A stretch of 64,000 nt of DNA from Stylophora pistillata (Eukaryota): contig NW_019217962.1 of assembly GCF_002571385.2 (NCBI RefSeq), positions 236,357 to 300,356 of the forward strand, in the 5' to 3' direction. The notes below the pieces were generated by a model that did not search any database, was not told where the DNA came from, and worked only from the letters and a program-made list of their open reading frames with translations. This document shows, in pieces, positions 1 to 11,043 of this stretch. Every line of letters starts with the position of its first letter. Within the stretch, counting starts at the first letter, position 1. The translations under genes and the position numbers were made by a program.

Positions 1-4
1 AATG

Positions 5-54
<50 letters not shown>

Positions 55-470
55 TTAATATTTATATTGCGCAAATTAACATGTGGATATGATCAAATGC
101 GCATCACAACACTTTTCGGGGGACTTTGGCCGGACTGCATCAGCAGTTTACAAACAATCGAAGGAAACTTATTTGAAGATGCCCCCTCCCCCCAATTCCC
201 AGTAAACAGGCCAGACCACATCACAGTAATCTCGTGAGTGGGTTCTTTAACGTCCCCTGCCTAACCAAATTAACTAATTAATAGATGCAGGAGACGGGAC
301 CTACGGTTTATTCGTCCTTATCCGAGAAGACTAGAATGTCTATCCATTTCTTGATATTATAGAAAGGTAGCGCATTCTCCTCAGTTATTTTAAGACCTTG
401 AGTGTTGGTCCGGCCGGGGCTCGAACCATCGACCTCGACCTCCCGCACAACAGTCCAGCGCTCTAACCAA
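1..470 (-). mobile_element. tRNA-derived SINE, copy 1, with (ATT)n tail
   Basis: Minus strand reads TTGGTTAGAGCG (A-box end) ... GGTTCGAGCCCC (B box), then a core shared with the copies at 2810-3252 and 61218-61530; it ends in the (AAT)n run at 1-53. Confidence 0.85.
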
Positions 471-663
471 GAAATAAGAAAGTCCAAAGCAAAATAGATC
501 GTTCTCGTCCATAAACGACACAAACTTCCCACTGAATGCTATCCACTGTGGCTTGGGTTAAAAAAAATGAGGTAGTGATTTTGATTTAATTTGAAATCTT
601 CCGATCCTATCAAGCAGATTTTTCTCACTACAGTTTAACTGTCATTTTTCGATCATGCTTCAG

Positions 664-3600
664 CCAATCAGAAGAGATGGAGTCTATGCCACAGATCTCT
701 TCACTCAGGAGGCTATAAAAAAGATCAATGCTCACGATAATTCTAAACCAATGTTTCTGTACCTCGCTCACCAAGCAGCGCATTCAGCCAATAAGAACGA
801 TCCTTTGCAAGCACCACAACACCTTATTAAGGTAATAGAATCAGTTTAATACTCGATAAATACTGTTTTGCATAAGTTAACGTGGACAGCATCTAACTCA
901 TACTGAAACATACCAAAATGAATTTTAAAAATGGATATCAATTACAGACACAACCTTTCAAATTACTGCCGAAAGCCAGGGGTGTAGTAAAGCAAAAAAG
1001 GAAACTAGAGAAATCACTAAAAACCCTTTACAAGTGCGAATTATTTGAGCAATAAAATAATTATAGAGATGCTACCTTATTATATTTAAGAGGAACTATA
1101 TCTTTGGCAATGGGACAGTCTTCTTTTAAGTATGCTGCTGCAAAAGACTGGAATGATCTGCCAACTCTAGGTTCGACTGATTGGTTTAAATCAGGATAAA
1201 AAAAGATTATTATAAGATGATTATAAGTTTCATCCGCAATCAAACATGTAAAGTCCATCTACGTCCATCAAAAAAAAAACAAAAACAAAAACAAAAAAAC
1301 ACCATACTGATGCTGAAATAGCTTATGTTATCATTGATTTACTTTGTCATATCATACTGTCAGTTCATACTTTAATTTTCATTTTTAATAGTAACGTACA
1401 CTTGTCACAAAATCTTTTCAGTGATCAGTCACTTTACGGTCTTTCTTAAGAAATTCAGTTTTATCAAAGACGAAAGAAGACAAAAGTACGCTGCCATGGT
1501 GACATCATTAGACGAATCGGTCGGAGCCGTGAGGCAAGCACTCGCTGATAAAGGGATGCTTCAGGATTCCGTTATCATATTCACCACTGACAACGGAGGA
1601 GCTCCTTATGGATTTAACTGGTAATTATTTTTACTTGTTATTACTCCTAGTGTAGTTCGTAAAAAATGGCAAAAATTTGATGTTCATTCAACCCGACAAT
1701 GGACAGTTAAAAAGAAAATTTACAACAATTAACAAATCGATTATAATAATAATAGTTAGTGTCGTCGAGTTTTCATTCAGAACTGTTAGCTTTGTAACAA
1801 AAAGCCCCGATTATAACTTCGTTTTCAACGAGGACATAACAGTGCTTTAGTCTAACAAATTGTGTAACAAAAATTAGTGTTGGCAAATTGACGTCGGTAC
1901 TGAGTCTGGACCACTAGTGTTGGTGAATTAACCTGAGGTGTCGTCAAGTTGACTAATGATGTCGGCGAGTTGACATATCGGGAAAGTGACTGGTTAACCG
2001 TAAAGACAGCGTATGGAGTTCGTACATAAAGTTCATTGTAGATTTATTTTCATTTAAAAACAAACATTTTTGACCCTCGTGTATAATTTCAAATAGGAAT
2101 GCTGGCTCAAACTTCCCTTTCCGGGCAGGCAAAGACACCCTGTGGGAGGGTGGGGTGAAAGGTGTTGGTTTTGTCTACACTGCTAATGATCTCATCAAGC
2201 AGAAGAAGCGTGTGTGCACAGGACTGATTGATGCAACAGACTGGGCAGCGACTCTATACCACTTAGGAGGAGGTAATGCAGAACTTATATCGGCCAGGAC
2301 TGACGGAAAAAACGTTTGGGAGACGATATCGAACGACGCTCCATCACCTCGGGACGAAGTGTTGCATAATATAGACCCCAGGTAAGCCTTAGAAGTTTCC
2401 TAATTTTTAACTGCAATTACGAGTATTACTAGATTAAAGAAAGTGAGGCAAGTCGGAGACCATTCACTTCGAATGGCTTGATTGAACTTGCGTTGTTGCA
2501 ATAAGGGTAAAAGTTTAATCCACACCTGCTCGGTAGTGGTAGGATCAGTGTGAACTGGAAGGAAGTAGAGCCAAGAAATTTGGTGCCGGAATCATTCTAT
2601 CCTTTGGAAAGACTATAGTTATTTACGACTTTAACCCTTAAATCCCTTGGAGTGATGGGCATATATTTTCTTCCGACACTGTTATCCCTGAATCAAACAC
2701 TTTTAAGGTCACGAGAAGAAAGGAAATTTATCGTGAACTCAAGAAGCTTTTGATTGTTAGATAAATTCTCCCTATAATCACCATAAGAAATTCACAGAAC
2801 TTGTGAATAAAAGTGAATGATTCGATCACTTAATAGCAGCATAGGCTGAATTGCTAAGGTCTACAGTGTTACTAAGGTTGAGATCGGACGTCAGCATTAT
2901 CAGGCGCCTCTGGCAGCCGCTTTAGTCCATGTAACGACCTCACCTTTTCCCCCACACATCCCACCCCAGGGGAGGACATCCATCACACAGTAATCTCGTG
3001 AGTGGGTTCTTTAACGTCCCCTGCCTAACCAAATTAGCCAATTAATAGATGCAGGAGACGGGACCTCCATTTATTCGTCCTTATCCGAGAAGACTAGAAT
3101 ATTCATCCATTTCATTGATGTTATAGAAAGGTAGCAAATTCTCCTCAGTTATTCTAAGACCATGAGTATTGGTCCGGCCGGGGCTCGAACCCTCGAACTC
3201 CCGCACAACACAATCCGGCGCTCTAACCAATTGAGCTAACCAGGAGGCGGTTGCCTACTGATTGAAGCCTACTGATTGTTGCCTACTGATGCTAGGGCAT
3301 AACAGGTTAAGTAGTTGATTACGAGTCGTTGATTAAAAATGAGGAACGGAGAGTTTTAGAGGTCATGTCAAACGGACTGGTTCTAGTGGTGTTGGTTGAG
3401 CGGACTCACTGAGTTGTGTTTGGACCAAAACGACAATTTCTCTACCTTGTCAGTAGAATATACGGTGGAGCGGCAATAGACTGGCATTCTGCAACTCAGT
3501 AAGCCACTACTTAGCGCATCGATCGTTAAAAACAACAAAACAGACAACTTAGCTTTGCAAACGGTGGGGCAGTCCATATGTTGTTTAAAGTACTGCTACG

Positions 3601-6600
3601 CTTTCTTCGATCGCAGAGAAAATCGGACGGTTACGAAGTGTTTAGAAACCTTTTATTTGTACTTAAATCGGTTCTCCTGTCACACAGGGTTTCCATTCGG
3701 GAAAAAAGTAGCGAATGTATATAAAAGCTAATAGCGGAAAGGAACAGGAGAATATTCTCAATAAGCAGGCTTTAAAGGAGGGTTCTGAATAGTAATCTTG
3801 ACTATGAAACCGTACTTAGAATAACTGGGGTCTGTGAATCTTGAACCTTCTCGTATTCAGAACATGCTAGTAAAAAAAAATGACGTATAAGACTCTTTAT
3901 GGAATTGCTCCACCATATCTCGGATCACTACTGGAAGAACGAAAAACGGCGTATAACCTCAGACGCTCAAATCACAACTAAGGTGATGAGCTTCGCCCGA
4001 AGGCTAAGTGCATGGCAACCCCAGTGTAGAGTGCTCAATCGCAAGGTAGCCAAAAGGCAAAGCCAAGCGAGAGCTATCTAATATATATATATATATATAT
4101 ATAACTGCAGACAGTGCACACTGTTTCGACCTATGTGGGTCTCATCAGTGCAGTGCAGACACTGGGCCAAGCTCTGGAATAAACCATTGCCTGGGCGCTA
4201 CACTTGTGGGACCAAGTGCAGGCATGTTGCCATGTGAGAGTGCTCAAATCACAACTAAGGTTATTTCTTAAATGTTAATTATACTCGGAGATACTAGCTC
4301 TCGGCTCGAGCTTTATTCTAAATCCGAGTTTAAATAAAGTTATATGTACGTATGTATGTATTGTCCAAGACTGGATAAAAAGAAACCTAAGCTATTACCT
4401 TGATGAGCATCTTGTCACATTCTACCTCACAAGTCCATTCAGCAATGTCTGACGGAAGTTATGACCATGCCATCGAATAATCGCGTCTTTGCTCGACGGA
4501 TGAATCAGCGATCGACTGAAAGCAGAAATTTATTTTCTAACCATTTTCCCCAATTTTTTTAACGGCTGGGAGAAATGATTAGTGAGTCTTTAAGGCCCAC
4601 GTATTCTCTCAGAGAAGATAAGTTGCTTCCATCTTTGATACTAAGCAACATATCAGGCGAGTCTCCTTATGTGTTGCTATCGAAGAGCAACACGTAAACA
4701 ATTTGTGATATAAAAGGGCACAAAACTGGATCAAACTCGATTGTTAGTGATAGTAAAGAACAGCTTCTCTCTACCGACTGTTGGCTGTTTGTCGGCTGAC
4801 AGGTTTTCTGAGTCTGCCTAATAGTTGCCCGATTCTCTGGGATGTGGACCAATCACATGTGTTCTTAAAATTTCATATGACACCAGGCATAATAATTTTA
4901 ACTATTGATTGATTTTAACGATGTAACCTCTAATATTCTCACCTTACGCTCAGACGGAATTTTGAAGCCATCCGCAAAGGCAAATTCAAGCTTGTGGTCG
5001 GGATGGATGATACGTACCAGCTGGGATGGCACGCAAGATACCCAACAGAACATCCCCCTCCCTGGCAGGCAAATCCAACACTTCCCGGAGCAGAAATCCA
5101 GTGTGGCCAGTGGACGAATGGCGAAGGCATGTGCGACTCAAAGCATCACAAAGCTTGTCTTTTTGATCTTGAAAGCGGTAAGAAAACAGTAGCAATTAAC
5201 CAACTTAATAGCTTGATATAGAAGACTCTTACCGTGCTTGTTGAAATTACAAGAACCTAAATCATGCATACATGTGTAAGCATATTCTCATGCATGACAG
5301 ACATCTTAAAATTAAAAAAAAAGGAATATCGATCCTTTTCCTTAAAAAATGAGAGCGGTTGATGTTGACATCAGCTGATGTAGTCTGTATGAAGCACCAT
5401 TTTCTGGCTTTTTCAACCTCCATAGGTTAAGCGCAAAGTAAGTACTTCACCTTACTGGCTACTCTTTGGTGAACTCTAAAGAAAAATTTTTACTGCATGG
5501 TGATATAAGAGGTAGAGATGGAGAACTTGAAGAAAACTATGAGGTTGTTCTTTTGCAATCAACACAACCAAGTATAATTATCACTACCCACAAACAAAAA
5601 AACAAATAACTTATCTCAGTCTTCCCTTTTTCAATTTTGTTGTATTCAAAGCTGTATACCTATACCTATCATAAAAGAAATTCAGAGATTCCCTTATTGC
5701 CAAAATGGATAAATATTACACCTGCCACAACTTGTGTTTTCACCGATGAAGTTTAATTGAAATGTATAAATATAATCACTGACAATATTCACTTTGAGTT
5801 TTGAACTGAGATAACCTGTCCCCATGATTTTCTAACCAAATATAGCAAACAAGAAGCTCCAATTTTTTGCTGTTTTTACTTTTTTCCTACAATAATGTGA
5901 ACAGGTCAAAGTAAAAGTCAGTTAGAAAGTTCATGCTCTGTCATATAGATGGCCTCAGGAAAGACATCACTGTAGATTCATATAAAAAATACTGGAAGAT
6001 GAAGAGATGTTGACATCAATCTGTCTTGCTATAAAAGAGTCTGACTTTAAAACATTTAAGTCCTTTTAAACAATCATCTACCACACAAACCAAAAGAGAA
6101 TTTATACTCCTTAGGCTGTTTTTTTTTTTTTTTCTTTTTTCCCAGAAACCTCTCTCTCCCACCTCTTACACAAATCATTAAATAGGCTCAAAGCTAGGAT
6201 TTTATTGCAACTAAGATAATTGACTGTTTATAAATATATCTTATTAACCAAGCGCATGGGTCGTAGTGGAAGAATATCGGCCCGAGGTCTTTTTTGTATG
6301 GACCTCCCGGCGCTCGGTCTGTACAAAAGAGACCGAGGGCCGATATTCTTCCAGTATGGTCCTGGGCAAGCTTGGTTAATAAGAGATTTATTGTACAACT
6401 GAAGTTCAAAGGGATATAAGTGCAGTATCATTCGGGACCATTCGGGACAGTGCCGGGTCCAATACTTAGAGAATATTGACTGGCAATAGAGCATTTTGAT
6501 TGATTGATTTTAGTTATTGGCCCTCTGACTGCCTGAGTCGTGTAACAAAGGATTGAATTACACCCTACTAGTGGAGAAAACTGAAAACAGACTGTGAAAA

Positions 6601-9073
6601 TTTCCTTAAAGCCAAGTTTATACAATTAGCTTCAGGGTAGAAAGATAGTGTACATGTAAAATAGTGGTACATTTATATGCCAAATATGGTACATTGAGTG
6701 ATTATCCATCAACTATTTTTGCCTGCATGCAATTGGTCTAAAATCATCACATGACTGAGTATTCCCCAACTCAGACACTTGTCCTTGGACATCTATTTCT
6801 CAAAACTCACAGTTTTCCTCATGCTTCACTCCCAGAAACTGTTCATTTCTCAGAACAGATAATGTCCACAGACAAAGATCAGCTCATATTTTTCACAACA
6901 AATGGAGTTTATTGGCAATACAATTATTATTAGCCTTTCAATATCTTGGAGTTTCTCATAAACATAATGTCATAAGATGTCACTTACAGTGTCATTTGCT
7001 TAGATAACATTTCCATGTGACCTGTCAGTTTACCCGGACTAAAATATTGCCATTTGAAGTAACCAGCTGCAACTATCCCAATTATCAAAATATCATTCTG
7101 CTTAAAAATTGTTTGCACGACCCCTAGTTTTTGGTTGAATTTCATTTCATAATTTTACTTGCTTCCAATGCTTTAATCTGGGGTTTACACTGAAAAACTG
7201 CCAAGCTAAATACCGGGTATCAACAATGACAATTTGCATTCACTTTCCTACCATGAACATCATATTTGACCCTTGAACTCCCAGAAGTGACTTACACGTA
7301 TCAACTTCTTATAAAATCAATATACACTATCAGCAAACAAGTGATGAGAGTATACTCCAACTTATCACATTTTGATCTAACACCAAATTCTTGTAACTAA
7401 TCTACAAGAAAATGTGTAACAGCCAGAGGACCACGATTTTTAGCGGGGCTCCCACACATGCGTGGGGCAGAGCCCCATACCCATGGAATATGGTCAACCT
7501 CTTTTCATTTGGTTGCCACGTGACTGACCGAGCATACGTATGTATGTACATACGTACATACGTGCCTAAGGGAAGGGTGACTCAGGCGAGTCTTGGCATA
7601 TTCACATCTTTTATGTTATCATTAATATTATGAACTTGGGAGCTCTGCTTTTAGGCTTGGCTAAATCTATATATTAAATTGTTAAAAAAATTAGATCTAG
7701 GCAGTTAATTAAAGGGTTAAGCAATACTGGACTTTCTCCAAGTTTACATACTTGATACCTCATCTAAACCCAAAGGTGAATGGGTGAATTTGTGATGGTA
7801 ATGTAAACCCATAACAAAGTCAACGAATTTGAATAGCTTTTGAGAATCCTTCCATTCTCCTGACAATTTAGATGAGGCTGTGTAAACGCAGTAAAAGTCT
7901 TCCGTTATTTTTATGAAATGTTGCAGGTAAATACCTTCGAATTTAAAACGTCTCTGGAAATGATGTTTACCTATTCTAGCTCTTGAGAAAAACAACCAGT
8001 GACCAATGATATTCGTAAAATACAGGTATTGGCACAAGGATCAAACGTTTCACTGTTTCTGGTTGATCATAATACAACTAGAGAAGTTCAAACATTGCCA
8101 AACATTGACTTCATTCGATTGTACTAAAAACGGGAGAAATTATTGGTCAGGTCGAATCATTGAATGAAATGAACAAAATATATATTTGCCTGTGCATACT
8201 TCTGACAGTGAAAATCCTGTTCAGGTCGAATCATTGAGTGAAATGAACAAAATATATATTTGCCTGTGCATACTTCTGACAGTGAAAATCCTGTTTTGAA
8301 AGTCAAAGTGCGATAAATAATGAGTCCTAATTTGATTTCAAAGGTTTGAATACAATTATATACTAATAAGGTATCGCTTTTCGCAATAAAAGCTAGGTTG
8401 TTTGTCATTTTAGACAAATTCTTACCTTTTTCAGCAGCAGTCCTCAATAAATACCAGCAAAGTACCAAAATGTGACTGTGAATAAAAGCAAAGTTCCACT
8501 GACTCGGTAAAAACTTTGAGGCAGAGCTTGTATTGTCCATATGTTCCAAGCCAGAAGTCTCCCTCTCTCAGACTAGGTTTACACTAGAGGAGAGTTTTCC
8601 GGATTCGTAAATGTTTCCGGATCCATCAATTTTGGAGTATTCGGATTCGTAGGCGTTTACACTGAAAGGATATTCGGATTCCTGACCGTTTATACACAAA
8701 GGCAACGCCCTATCAAAAGCTATAGCTCTAAGACAAAACATGTTTCTGCTCCTTATCGGTAAAACTTTGAAATGCTCATTTACTCTCGTTTCCAGATCCC
8801 TGTGAATACAAGGATGTCTCGGACGTCTATCCGCACAAGGTTCAGGAGCTGAAAGAGAGGCTTAACTACTACCGCAGCACGGCGCTGCCAGTTGTTTATC
8901 CAATGATCAGCCCCAAAGCAGATCCAAAACATTTTCATAGTTTCTGGGGTCCCTGGGAAAAACTCAGAGATAAGTCGGAGTACTTTGCTGCAAAGAGAGC
9001 TTGTAACGTCGTGCATCAAAAACAGGTCCAGTTTGGTTTACATCGAATGGTATACTCCAATCAAACTCAGTGA
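664..9073 (+). CDS. Arylsulfatase (ARSB/ARSI/ARSJ-type), 5'-partial; exons 664-831, 1451-1620, 2097-2381, 4954-5177, 8796-9073
   Basis: All exons have AG/GT boundaries and join in phase. Spliced peptide contains YATDLFT, KPMFLYLAHQAAHSAN..PLQAP, YAAMVTSLDESVG, IIFTTDNGG, GSNFPFRAGKDTLWEGGVKG, SPRDEVLHNID, AIRKGKFKLVVG, CLFDLESDPCE and FWGPW, typical of ARSB-type sulfatases. The CxPxR active-site exon would lie upstream of the window. Confidence 0.92.
1110..1165 (+). mobile_element. L2/CR1-group LINE ORF2 C-terminal remnant
   Basis: Translates as MGQSSFKYAAAKDWNDLP, matching the SF.Y.A.K.WN.LP terminal motif of these LINEs. Confidence 0.6.
2810..3252 (-). mobile_element. tRNA-derived SINE, copy 2, with complete head
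   Basis: Minus strand TAGCTCAATTGGTTAGAGCG (A box) and GGTTCGAGCCCC (B box); about 250 bp closely similar to copy 1. Confidence 0.85.
3740..3964 (+). mobile_element. Degenerate L2/CR1-group LINE ORF2 3' fragment; probable 3' UTR resumes at about 4262-4340
   Basis: 3882-3964 translates as TYKTLYGIAPPYLGSLLEERKTAYNLR (YK.L.G.AP.YL...YNLR motif). 4262-4340 ends in AATAAA plus a (TATG)n-like tail. The 5' boundary is approximate. Confidence 0.65.
3965..4261 (-). mobile_element. Retrozyme-like 277-nt monomer with 20-bp terminal redundancy
   Basis: GCTCAAATCACAACTAAGGT occurs at 3965-3984 and 4242-4261. The unit encloses a hammerhead ribozyme and a (TA)n tract and has no credible ORF. Confidence 0.8.
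4104..4154 (-). ncRNA. Type I hammerhead ribozyme
   Basis: Minus strand: ACUGCA-CUGAUGA-GACC(CACAUA)GGUC-GAA-ACAGU(GUGC)ACUGU-C/UGCAGU. The core is complete, the three stems pair perfectly, and the cleavage triplet is GUC (cut between 4110 and 4109). Confidence 0.93.
6239..6384. mobile_element. Short MITE-like element
   Basis: Perfect 15-bp terminal inverted repeat TCTTATTAACCAAGC / GCTTGGTTAATAAGA, with internal partial symmetry (GAATATCGGCCC / GGGCCGATATTC). Confidence 0.7.
8147..8294. repeat. Tandem duplication, 2 x 74 bp
   Basis: TCAGGTCGAATCATTGA...GAAAATCCTGT starts at 8147 and again at 8221, with very few differences. Confidence 0.9.
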
Positions 9074-11043
9074 GTCAGAGAGATGAAGAGATATATTTGC
9101 ATAGTCAATGCAGTCTGGTTGCAGACGGAGACGTATAACATTTGATTCCTTAGTATCCACATGTTGGGGTTCCAAACGGCTGTCATGGCCGTTGTTCCTT
9201 ACCATGTCTCATTAGAAATACTCAAGGGAACAATTCCAACAAAGTATTGCAAAAGAAATGATAGTATTAAGTTCTAAGAAGGGACTTGATGGACGCCAGT
9301 CATAAATTCAAGGGCTTAAGGGTATCTAACCTCTGATGCTTATGTGGACTTGGGCATCTCTGTAAGTTACTCTTTTGACTAGGAACCAAGCAATATACTG
9401 AGATTTCATAGTCAACTCTTTAACTACTAGTATCTGATGAGAGATCTTCTCTAATAGCTGATATAGTTTCATGAATGAAGAAATGTTTCAGACAACACCC
9501 TTTGGGTGATAACTTTTACGCTCTCATCACCTGTTTTCTGTTAGACACTCAAGAATAAAAGGAGAGCTACATATTAAAGTTGCTTCTGGTCGTTAAACGA
9601 TAAATACCAGGTTACGAGTTTCGCAAATTCATGTAAGCTCAAATATTAATCTCGTCAAACTTGGAGTTTCTTCGTTTTTTGTAAACGAGGCTCCGCTCAG
9701 TAATCTTTAGCCTTTACCCTAGAAATAAATTCGATGATTGGCTATGAAATTAGTAACGTGAATGTGCATATAATTATCCACTGTTAAGAGCGACTGTTTG
9801 TTATCCAGTTTTCGATTGTAAGGGCCGTAATCATCTAGAATGTAGGATACCAATCCCTCAAATAAAACCCAGGTTAAGCAAGAATTTAATAAAAAAAGCG
9901 GGAACTGAGATTAGAAGTTACGCCTGTGAACATGCTGTTTATAAGAAGTGATTGAATAGGAGTAAGCTAAACATGCCATTTTTGCATTTCATTTATTTAA
10001 AGGTAGACCTGTTATTTGCATCTTCCGCTCGGTTCTCATTGTACCCTGCTGCGACAGAAAGTACGTGCCAAAGGAATCTAGCTTCGAGACTGAAAGACCT
10101 TTCAAACAATCGCAGTTCCTTAATAGAGCAATGAGGAATCCATGCACAGATGTGTGAATTGGTTATTCAGTCAAATGGCAACACTGAAGAAGATAGGTTA
10201 AAAATAGCTCTTGATAATCTGTTTATTCATGTAAAACAATAAGGTGACAAGTATTTGATAAGCCTTAGGGAAAAATTAATTAATGATCAGACCGATTAAT
10301 TTGTTGTTAAACAACTTCCCATCGAATTGCCCAACAGTACACCATTCATTTGATGTCAAATGAAAACTGTTCTTATTTTCGGTTTCTATAAATGATCGGC
10401 CGACCAAAGTTTTACACGAAACCTAAAACCTGTGATGGTGGAAGGAAGAATTAGAAAATTAATACTATGCTGGGAGAAATGGCAACCTGACATTTCAACA
10501 AAATGACTTTAAGAACGTTTTGCGACTGTGGTCAACAACTTTGTTCTTATTTACACACGTTAAATCAGCCCACAAGACTTATCTCTTAGCTTATTACTGT
10601 CACATTAAACTAGATTCCATATTAAATTTCGGATGCTCCAGTTGTCACATTCCTTATGGTAGCCAGAGCACTAACTCTTTTCTCTTCGTATTCCTAAACA
10701 AATTACAATTGTTGACGCATTTAGCATTGTTCGTGGTTTTTAGCCTACAACTTCAACCTTATAGAATCTTTGTCGAAAAAAATTTGTGGAGTTGGTAATT
10801 TCCGGCACAAAAATATGTGAAGTTGGCAATTTCCCACTGGATTTTTTTCATTTGCGTCGACAAAGGCGAATTTCTCTCACATGATGCGATTCAATTTGGT
10901 AGTTGATGTTTGAGGAGGTTTGTTTACAGAAGAAGTTAACTATGGCTAACAGTTATTACAGGAAATTTTTTTCATTTCAAGCGTTACTGCTAAATATTTT
11001 TCGGAAATGTTTATACAAAATTCGTCATCCACCGTTTTTGCCA

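Noticed and set aside
3180-3250. tRNA gene
   Set aside because: A and B boxes are present, but I could not form a cloverleaf and the sequence continues into a repeated body. It is a SINE head.
4170-4225. Twister or HDV-like ribozyme in the retrozyme unit (GGUCCC...GCCC)
   Set aside because: The required pseudoknots could not be built by eye. An Infernal search would settle it.
7744-8549. Nested antisense gene in the sulfatase intron
   Set aside because: The ORFs start at non-ATG codons, include the 74-bp duplication, and show no recognisable motifs or consistent splice pattern.
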